DNA of 51,375 nt, counting the filler, from Catajapyx aquilonaris (lineage: Eukaryota), in assembly GCA_000934665.2 (NCBI GenBank). It is 2 parts of 2 records of this genome, joined end to end, with 100 filler letters (N's around TTAATTAATTAA, not from the genome) between each part and the next. Parts side by side here need not be neighbours in the genome. Positions count along the whole stretch, not along the records: positions 1 to 25,633 come from KZ539332.1; 1 more part is not named here. One strand, written 5' to 3'. Positions 1 to 9,232 of this stretch are shown in pieces. The position numbers and the translations under genes are program-made. The first letter of the stretch is position 1. Every line of letters begins with the position of its first letter. The notes below the pieces were generated by a model that saw only the letters and a list, made by a program, of their open reading frames with translations, was not told the origin of the DNA and made no database searches.

Positions 1-415
1 CACACACACACAGGAATCTACTGGGGGGTCGGTTCAGGTTGGCAGCCTTCGGAACCAACCCAAACCGTCCTTTCCTCAGAGGGCGTTTGCAGACTAGGAT
101 TCGGGTGGCTGGCTGCGGTAGATTCCTGTCGGGGTGCGCCAGTGTAAAATTCTGGTCTGTGGGAGCCTTTTATATTAAACTACCATATCGTAGAGTGTCA
201 GGAGGCTGCTTCAACCCATTACCCTGGGAATTACCTTTCAGTTCGAAGAAGAACTGATTGCACCCTCGGAATAATGTTGTTGTTTTTTTCGCCAGATATT
301 TAGAGCCCATTCTTTCATTCAAGTGCAGTGTCCCTTTAAAGTTGTGTACGTAGGACACTTAGTAAAAGGAAAATCCTATTGATAACAAAAGGTACTGTTG
401 CTTTTTCGCTATTAA

Positions 416-669
416 CCCTTAACTACGTAGGTGGAGCCTGAGAGGCTCCAACCACTATTTAAACGCATCTAACTTTTTAATTAAATGTTTTTCCCCCTGT
501 CCTTCCGTGACTGTCACAAAAACCTTCCTAAGCATGAAAAGAAGAAGAAAAATTTAGTCTCCATTCTTTGGCTGAAAAAAATTCGTAATGAGGAACAGGT
601 CCCACCTTGGGGCCACTCAGGCTCCACCTACGTAGTTAAAGGTGTTTCGGCTACCTACGTAGTTAAGGG
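416..669. mobile_element. piggyBac-type MITE (TTAA target, CCC...GGG termini) with a duplicated right end
   Basis: TTAA|CCCTTAACTACGTAGGTGGAGCCTGAG at 412 is inverted relative to CTCAGGCTCCACCTACGTAGTTAAAGG (~616-642). A second copy CCTACGTAGTTAAGGG|TGAA ends at 669. Confidence 0.6.
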
Positions 670-891
670 TGAACGGCAGCATATTGAGCTGCAAATAGTG
701 TCAAGTCTGCAAGCAATGTGTGTGTTTTTCACATTACATGGCTCCTATGCCTGTTGGAGAGGATGGAGCCTGACTTGCATGAAATGCTGATTCAGACCTC
801 ACCATAGCATTGGTTTTGTTGATTGATTGAGGGGAGCCAAAGCAACTAATGCGATCTGGGTGAGAGGGTAGAGGAAGTGGAGAGAACTTAC

Positions 892-1038
892 CACTTGAAA
901 ACCAGCCTCTGTCCAGCCTGGGGATTGGGACCTGAGAGGTGGAAGGCTGTGAATTTAGCCACTTCACCACCGTGCCACCCTCACCATAGTATTTGACGAG
1001 CATTATGTCTGAACCTGTTGCTTGCCAGTAAGGCTCCA
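892..1038 (-). CDS. Candidate isolated internal coding exon of an unidentified gene
   Basis: 147-nt open phase-1/phase-1 segment bounded by ctacag and G|gtaagt, encoding EPYWQATGSDIMLVKYYGEGGTVVKWLNSQPSTSQVPIPRLDRGWFSS. No family recognised and partner exons not identified. Confidence 0.3.
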
Positions 1039-1776
1039 CTGTAGTTATTTAAAGTAGGCATGTTTAACATATTGCAAGTCAGGTTAGTGAGGAGTTCCTT
1101 TCAGTTAAAAAAGCAAGGTTTAATTTTCCACAAAATTGAATGTCCGGTAGTGAAGAAGTAGTGTTACACTTGCACGATTTAATATAATTTTATCTAGACT
1201 GGCTGCGCCTGTCATCGTCATGAGAGAAAAACCATACTGCGTACCCAATTGTTGATCTTAAATGTACCGTTTTGCATAGATATACATTGTATTAAGAACA
1301 CTATCATTAAGTAGGCCATCTTGTCATTCCCCTCGACATACCTGTGAGAATAAACCTCTCATTTCATACTTTGAACTGTGCCTTGTTTTGTAGTCTATGA
1401 CCCATTCTGTCAGGCATGAGCTGAGATGTCAAAGTGTTTCACAACTCCTGCCTGATTCAAAGGTTGTATTATTGCTAGTGAAGAAAAAGACAACTGTTGG
1501 AGTAGATACTGAGAGCTCCCTGTAATTCCACATTTCAGTAGCAGGGTGCTAATCTGCATACCTAATGTCACACCAGAAAACTTTACATTTTCGTGGCCTT
1601 AGTTTTTTCCGCTTCGATAACAAAAACCAAACCTGCAACTGCTCGATAATTTTTACTTTTGATGGTTCCTACCAGCCCAGGCCAATAGAAAAAGCTGTGC
1701 TGTTATCTCTTCCCGCATTGGTGCTAGTATTTCTGCAATGGAATCACACTGTGGAACTTGCTGCCTGTCGTCCAAC

Positions 1777-2082
1777 ATGGAGCCCGGAGGTAGACTGGTT
1801 TTCACAAGGCTGGAAAAGAATACTTTGATGGCCTTAGTCCAGTCCGGCAATGACATTATCAAATTGAAGAAAACGGATGCAGTCACCCTAGGTGAGAATA
1901 AGAAGGCGTGGGAGGTGCAGGCTGCAGACTACATCAACCAGCTGAATGTGCGGCCATGCACAGCAGCCCAGATGAAGACGCTGTGGAAAAAGATTCCTGA
2001 TTATTTCAGAAGGTCCAATACACCACCTGCTATAAGCAGAGTAGATATGGAGGGGTCTTTGGGGGAGAGGGGGGGGGGGGGG
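1777..2082 (+). mobile_element. Myb/SANT-like DNA-binding domain ORF (MSANTD3 / PIF-Harbinger ORF1 type), running into an N gap
   Basis: FTRLEKNTLMALV...IIKLKKTDAVTLGENKKAWEVQAADY...RPCTAAQMKTLWKKI fits the Myb_DNA-bind_5 pattern (F..E...L..LV...KKTD....K..AW.....R...Q.K..W). It could be a Harbinger remnant or a domesticated gene. Confidence 0.6.
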
Positions 2083-2391
2083 NNNNNNNNNNNNNNNNNN
2101 NNNNNNNNNNNNNNNNNNNNNNNNNNNNNNNNNNNNNNNNNNNNNNNNNNNNNNNNNNNNNNNNNNNNNNNNNNNNNNNNNNNNNNNNNNNNNNNNNNNN
2201 NNNNNNNNNNNNNNNNNNNNNNNNNNNNNNNNNNNNNNNNNNNNNNNNNNNNNNNNNNNNNNNNNNNNNNNNNNNNNNNNNNNNNNNNNNNNNNNNNNNN
2301 NNNNNNNNNNNNNNNNNNNNNNNNNNNNNNNNNNNNNNNNNNNNNNNNNNNNNNNNNNNNNNNNNNNNNNNNNNNNNNNNNNNNNNNNNNN
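2083..2391. other. Assembly gap (309 N) flanked by poly-G
   Basis: Run of N in the sequence. Confidence 0.99.
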
Positions 2392-2698
2392 GGGGGTCAA
2401 AAAGTGGCCAAAAATCGGTGACGTGGTGTATGGACGACCCCTTACGGGTGACCTAAGGGACATGGAAATAGCTATGAATTCTCGTGGATAAAATCATATT
2501 GCATAGTGTATTTACATTACAAGTGGTGATCAATCTCCATATTCTGAATTAGGTATACATTACATAGTAAAAGTAACTGGTTGCGATCAGAAGTCACTTT
2601 AAATCTTTTTTAAAAACCTGCAGCACTTCTACTGCCATTCCAGGGAAGAGATAGAGATGCAAGTAGTAGTGACAGTGACATCCAGAATATTAATGAGT

Positions 2699-2804
2699 AG
2701 GGGTGGAATTTTCGTCCCACTGATAATTACTGCTAACTTTAGCAGTACCATTGCCAACACTGCTAAGTTAGCAGTAACTATCAGTGAGACGAAAATTCCA
2801 CCCT
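2699..2804. mobile_element. Short palindromic MITE, copy 1
   Basis: GGGTGGAATTTTCGTCCCACTGATAATTACTGCTAACT is inverted to AGTTAGCAGTAACTATCAGTGAGACGAAAATTCCACCC. A second copy lies at 24835-24944. Confidence 0.7.
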
Positions 2805-3422
2805 TGTTTTCCCATTTTTCCACATGCTGTTATTAGAGAATAGCCTATACATCGCATCACAGAAAATGAAATAATCGTATGCTATGTGATAGCTTTCATC
2901 ACATTATTTACTATGTATTGAATTTGGAAAATAAATAAATATAATGCGGAATTTGTTTAAATTAAATTATCCGCGCCTTTGGGAAAAAACAAAATCATAT
3001 TTCAAAGGAGACTGGGTTCTTCTCACCCACAATCCTTTCCTCAACTCATCCTTCTATGCTGGACTTGTGAGCTCTGTAAAGGAGAGGAAGAGGGGTACGA
3101 AGGCTCCCAGATGTATGGGACCTGAGTGAGGAGGGATGGGGTGGAAGGGGCAGACCCTGGTAATGAAAAAAAAAAAAACATTAAAAAACTCCAAGATGGA
3201 CATTTGCCTATTCTTAGATTCAAGGATTCAATTGTTGCAATCGAGTTAGACACTTCTTTCTGTACGGCTGGTAGACGAAAATCAGGAAATTAAGCCTTTC
3301 TGTGCATGTCTGTTCTCTCGACCCTTCTGCTGGGAAATGAGAAAATTTTACGTACTCGCCAACATGAACTTGGACTTAGGGAGACTGAAAGTGCATTGAT
3401 ATCCCATCGTAAGGCCCTGCCT

Positions 3423-3568
3423 GCACTTCGAGTTATGGAGAACTAGTCTTCGAGTTATAGAAATTCGAGTTAGGGAAGTTTATTTCCTATTATTTTACAT
3501 TGTGACCAACCAAGCTCATCATTTTCTTCGACTTATAGAGAACTTCGACTTATAGAAGTTTTACTGTG
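3423..3568. mobile_element. Tigger/pogo-type MITE end fragment
   Basis: Repeated TTCGA(G/C)TTATAGA motifs ending in TTTTACTGT, typical of pogo-type subterminal repeats. The other end was not found. Confidence 0.4.
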
Positions 3569-4558
3569 TATTCAAAAGTACAAGAGTTTTTACCACCATG
3601 ATGTATACAAGTAAATGTAGTGGGGCTGATTTTTAATGCAGCAGTAGGCATAGAGATTAAGTACTATAATTAGCACAATGTCATTGGCACCCAGAAAGTG
3701 AAGCATGTCTCTCATCTCCTCAAGCTACTGAAAGAACAACTTGTATCAGCTCAATGAATTCATGAAAATATTGTGTATAATACCACTCCATGGAAGAAAG
3801 CTTTAATGATGAAGTCTTACACTGGACTATCCCTACTCCCAAATGTATGACATGCATATTTTATATTGAGCAGTCATGTCACATAGACAGAATTAGAAAG
3901 TTCTTCTATTAGCATGTGCAACACTTACTCATTCCAAAGCGATAATATGAGTTGATGGTGCAAGACAATAGTAAAGAAAGTGAATCTGCACCTACACTGT
4001 GAAAGTTGAGTGAAGATGCACAGATGCATGCCATTTAACTCAACCCATTCAACACTAGCTACAGTAGTTGTAATAGTGGTAGTAGTAATAACAGCAACAG
4101 TAACCAATTAGCGCTTCTTTGTGCTGTACATGCAGTAACACTGACCTGAAGTTCATGTAAACATAACTGTACACTTGGTCACACTGGAAGAGCCAAGCAC
4201 GAAGAACTGTGGTGGGTGTGCATGCATAAGGGAAGCCACAGATGTACGTTATGATATCTTGAAGATGAAAGTGACCCAGTTCTTACCTCAAGTGTCAATT
4301 TGTGCCCTTCTTCTGCCATCACCATCCCTCTCGGCTAACTTTCTACCTTGCACCTTAATCTCTCCATACAAACAGAAAGGTAAGGTGGGACATAAAAAGT
4401 TTTGAAAAGGGACCTGAATGAATCCCACCTGACGTAGTGTGCCAGTTGGTCCTAAGGTGTGGGGAAAGTGCTACCTTGTCGCGCTTGACCGACGCACCTA
4501 CCTTCTACTTAAAGCCTGCTCACAAGGTGTCTGAAGATACTTGGCGCACAGGCAGGAC

Positions 4559-5690
4559 ATGCTAATGCAGGCCATCATGAAGACAGTGGTGAGTTTTGAG
4601 ATAACTGAATACATACTCTATAACTAATAATCCATGTTATATATCAGATACTGTACATTATACAAAATTTTAATATTTCATAGTACAGAGGTGTTCATTA
4701 GACATCAATATACTTAAGCCATCACATAAAGCTTCCACTTGTTGTTGTGACATGATTAGCAACCACTTCCAAGATAAAACTGATTTTAACTTGTGACAGA
4801 CAGCAGCAGGCCTCCTTCAATCCACTGGCCATGGTGACAATCAGCAGAAACTTTCATGTTAAATAGACTAAATTCCAGAAGTTCAGTGCATACAAGTAGA
4901 TGTTTTATATTTTTGCATTGCACAAGTTTAGAGGGTGGAAACTTTGGCAAGGCAATACCACCAACAATTATGTCAGGAAGAGATGGATTTTCTCCAGCAT
5001 CCAGTTTAAGAAAGGAAACAATCAGGACCACATTCATGGTGTAACTGTTGCTTGTCTTTTAGATTGGTTGCTGGAGAAAACAATCCATCCCTCATCCCAT
5101 TGCTGGGCATATTGCTTTGGCTAAGGCACCATACAGTACAATAACTATCCTTATGTTAATTATTGAACAGCAGAAGTTTCTCTTTTTGTCTTGGAAATCA
5201 GGCTTTACCTTGTACAATGCTAATAGAATGTCAAACTCTGACTGTTTATCACTTCCTGACATAGTAATGCACATTATGATGCCAATGTAACACCTTTACA
5301 GTTACTTCTTGTTCTTGGCTTCTCCATGTTTGCCTTCACAACTGGAGGTCATACTCCAATACTTCTTGATTCTGATGATTTGATTCCTGCAGAAACAGGT
5401 ATGTTCTGGTGATGAACTCAGCATCGCAATTTTGATAACAATTTTACAAACCAATAGTGCATATGTAATGAGAAAAGAACTAGTAATCTTGCGAAGTTCT
5501 CCTCAATATTCACAAGCACACTACACTACAAGTGATACAAATGCCTTCTAATCCCATGTTTGGAATAGGTTACCACCATGGCGGAGGACGGGTACACATC
5601 AAAGTGTGGCGAGGCCCCACCAAAGATAAATTTGCACCCTTTGGGTACTGGGTGAAGCATCCTGAAGATGACCACCATCATGGATATTGA
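4559..5690 (+). CDS. Small secreted His/Gly-rich protein (~82 aa), 3 exons
   Basis: Exons 4559-4588 (MLMQAIMKTV|gtgagt), 5302-5398 (tttacag|LLLVLGFSMFAFTTGGHTPILLDSDDLIPAET-G|gtatgt) and 5569-5690 (aatag|GYHHGGGRVHIKVWRGPTKDKFAPFGYWVKHPEDDHHHGY*). All junctions are GT-AG with consistent phases. The N-terminus reads as a signal peptide. AATAAA lies near 5845. Confidence 0.75.
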
Positions 5691-5873
5691 TCAGCAGTGC
5701 AGTAGTGGTGTTGTATTCATCATGATGGGTCCCATGATGAAATTCCATCCTCCTGTGCTCCATGATATTTTGATAACCCACCAGCTTGTCTTTGTTGTTA
5801 TTCTGACGAAATGGCATCTTGTTACTTGTTAATGTCACAAAAATAATAAATCAGTTCTCGAGTATGTGACTGG

Positions 5874-8013
5874 TTAAGTACTCCTTGCTAGGATTCCCTT
5901 GACTACTGTGTCGAATGCTCTGTTAAAACAATTACACTAATTAAATCGTGCTCCTGTTTAATACAACATGTGACTTACGTGGATGTGATAGTCTCACTAG
6001 GTACATAGAATGGATTGCACATCATGTCAGTGTAGGCACTATGGAGCTTTCTAAACATCTGTAATAAATTGTTACATTAGAGCACAATATCTTCCAGTGG
6101 TCATTATCAACTTACCGTGCGAACTTCATTGTCACGAAGTGATGTGTTAGAACTTTCAACCACGATGATAAATTTTACCTTGGTATTGGTCATATATCCA
6201 AATCTGAATGTTGTCAAGAATCACTTCTGAGTTCTGATACATGTGTTATTACATGTCATGACAAAAGGATACACTTTATATTCCTCAGTGGAATAGAGTG
6301 GACCTAAGTACAGTTCTTTGAGATCTCCTGCTGCTGACTTGACCACTGGGGCAACCTTTTCCTCAACTACATCTAATGAAGTATGGACTGTATAATGAAA
6401 CTGAAGCTCCAAGTTTTTGTTCAAACACTGAATGTACAATGGCGAATTCTGTAAAAATATATGGGAAATTACACAATTAGTATGTTAACGTAATGTAACT
6501 GGCTCATCCCATGTCAGAGAGAACCAAGTGCAAAAATTAAGACACATTTGGTCTACTTTGACTCACAAAGTCCAAAATGTTATCCAAGACTTTAGTACTA
6601 GTTTACAATGGCATGGGACAGACCAATTTATAACAGGAATAATTACATTTGCCAAAATTACGAGGCTACTGACTGAAATGCGAATATTTTCATGTTTAAA
6701 AAATCCCAAAACATAATGAAACCTCTCCCCGTGTAGGACACACAAGTCCGAATCCCTAATGGCAGAAGCTTATTAAAACAGAAGCCTTGCCTTCACCATT
6801 GCAACATTGCATGGATCCCTTTTCTAATCCCACCACCCCTATTCCAACCACATCTATGGCAGATATTGACGGGCAAGTCACTTGGGAAGCCATGGTACAC
6901 TTCAAAAGAAATCTGCACTAGTTAGACTGGACTTCCATATCAATTTAAGGTAAAAGTCCGACGGGACTTGCGTAAATCCAAAGTCCATCAAACATTAAAC
7001 CTTAGCAACTTACCCCTTCCCAGAGATCGAGAAACTTTACTGTTGCATATCCAAAAAGAACTACTGTATGACTACAGGGGCCATACCATAACCATTTACA
7101 CTTTTACTTTTTTGCCCCAAATACAAGGCCCTTACAGGTCAGCAGATAGGCACTCATTATCCTGGGCTGAACACACTGGCACCACAGCACAGGTGTGGCA
7201 GCCTCTCCAGCCCCTCCTGAAACCACGTTTTGGAGCTGCAGTGTACCCACTCCAGGAAAACTGCTTGCATTTCAACAATGTCCTTGAAATGGTGTCCAAA
7301 CATGGGTTTTATCATGGCAATGACAGCTGTTCTTTCCCGGCTTGCATGGATCGGCGTGTTTCCTTGGCGGCTTTTTCTGGATGGCATGCTGCAAGCTGCA
7401 GAGGGTCGCCACATATTTGGAGCTGTTGATGGTAGTTACCAGTTCCAGCCAATAGGTCAGGATTATGCCCTTTGTGTCCCAAAAATGACAAAATCCCTTC
7501 GCTGACCCCATGTTGAGGAATTGTTGAACAAGCAGTTGTCCAGGAGTGGGTGCACCACACCTCCAAAACAAGGTTCCTGGAGGGCCTGGAGAGGCTACCA
7601 CACCCGTGACTCCTGTGCATTCGGCTCCAGGTGGATTCTATTGATAATGTGTGCCCATCTGCTGACCTGTACGGCCCCTGTATTTGTGGCAAAAAAATTG
7701 TGAATCAATATGGTATGGTCCTCGTATAATGAACCTTTCTGCTCCTGCCATCTTTCAAGAAAATGTTACGAAATGGTCTATCAAGTTGCTTATGCTTAAT
7801 GATACCTACTGCATTAATTGAACTTACATTTGCATACAACCATATTTTAACAATACAGCACCATAAGGAAGCAAGTTTTGTCATTTCTGCATTAAGGAGA
7901 GCAAACAATACAAACATACACAATTTCAAGATAGCGTCAAACTGGTGATTATTGATTCACAAACTGGTGAATATATTTACCTCTTTTCCTATGACAGCAA
8001 CGCAAACAGCCAT
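5874..8013 (-). CDS. TRAPPC2L: Trafficking protein particle complex subunit 2-like (sedlin family), 140 aa, 5 exons
   Basis: Exons 8013-7981 ([11 protein letters not shown]), 6448-6273 (NSPLYIQ...[12 protein letters not shown]...[15 protein letters not shown]), 6203-6116 ([29 protein letters not shown]), 6058-5979 ([18 protein letters not shown]...) and 5919-5874 ([14 protein letters not shown]). Junctions are GT-AG, total 423 nt, and the protein closely matches human TRAPPC2L. Confidence 0.95.
7075..7724. mobile_element. Non-autonomous mariner derivative built from two inverted transposase 3' ends, in TRAPPC2L intron 1
   Basis: TA|CAGGGGCCATACCATA ... TATGGTATGGTCCTCG|TA with TA TSD. The ~200-bp inverted arms translate to mariner C-terminal-like peptides ([21 protein letters not shown] and [20 protein letters not shown]). 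Confidence 0.75.
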
Positions 8014-9232
8014 GTTTTCTCTTCACGGTTATGATTTCAGAGTTTCCAGTCACAAGTATTAGAATAACCAAATTGAAATTAATTACTATTTTAGTATTAA
8101 AGGCTCTATATGTTACTAATATTTAAACACATATAGTAAAAACGTATTGTTAACATCCTTAAGGTTGCCAGATTGAACAATTTTGTGCTCGTCAATATGG
8201 GCGCGGCCATATTTAGTCCAAGTATCCATTCAGGTTTTTAAAAAAAATCCAATGACGAGCTCTTGATGACGCTTGTAATAATTATTGTTGCGACTCGATC
8301 AAGGTGCTCAATTATTCCCAGGTGGGGTCGAAGATAGCAGCTGATATAGGCTACAATATAATTGGACACCTCTGTCGGAGTAAAAAGCTACACAGAAATG
8401 ACAACTTCGGGGGAAATGCTTGATGAACACGACCATGTAGGCCTATTTATTCTATCCAGGAGTTAAGAAAACTGACGGTGTTACCCATTAAAATTATATA
8501 ATTATATCATCACCAGCAAGTACTAAAACTAGGTCATCAAATACCGGTACGACTGTATTTAAATGTATGGTTTATTGAACATCATGGAAGAAGAAGAAAT
8601 TCTCGTATACAATAAATTGCTACGAAATAACTTATGAAATAGGAATTCCTGCACATTTCACACATATCCATCGCCCGTATATACCGTTTGCAGTTCGAGA
8701 GAATAACCGATAAATTCGCACTATTTTCGACAGTAGTGTATTTCTGGTTTGCAGTTCAATGCAGAATGGAAGTATTTCGCGAATGCACGACTAGCACGAG
8801 ACTGGTGATTTGAAATGAATGAATGAATGCTGGTGACTGGATGGAATCATTGATAAGTGAATAGGAAATAAGCGGAAAACAATGGCAAATGAAAACTCGC
8901 AGATCTCAGATTTGACTTAAAACTCAATCCGGAAAGTAATTAATTGCAAATTGTGGAGAACTGTGAGAATGGCAAGTGAATTGAACAAAAAGGGGGAGTG
9001 ATAAATGCAATTGCTAATTATCATTATACCTTTTCTAAGTGTCACCAAGATCAATCTTATTCGGCATATCATACAACATCCGCAGTTGATCTCAAATTAT
9101 GAGGTGTCTGACCTCATGTACTACGTATATCAACAAGATGAGTCACAGTGGATAGCATTGTGCCATGAGGCATCCCACTGGCCATGGTTGCATGCAAACA
9201 TATTTATAAGCGACAGACAGTCGCCTACCGGC
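8014..9232. promoter_or_regulatory. Putative bidirectional promoter region between TRAPPC2L and GALNS
   Basis: About 1.2 kb separates the two divergent start codons (8013 on -, 9233 on +). Transcription start sites were not determined. Confidence 0.5.

Noticed and set aside
40..190. Minus-strand TATA box plus CTGAGGA...CCGAAG, suggesting an LTR or ribozyme
   Set aside because: It is at the window edge, the core is incomplete and no consistent stems were found.
1888..2463. Long ORFs spanning 2083-2391
   Set aside because: They are open only because of the N gap.
7230..7505. IFGAVDGS as a Harbinger transposase motif
   Set aside because: It lies within a TA-flanked element whose adjacent peptides are mariner C-terminal, and no other Harbinger motifs are present.
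8258..8303. Hammerhead-like TTGATGA-CGC...GCG-ACT motif
   Set aside because: Both core boxes (CUGANGA and GAAA) deviate from consensus.
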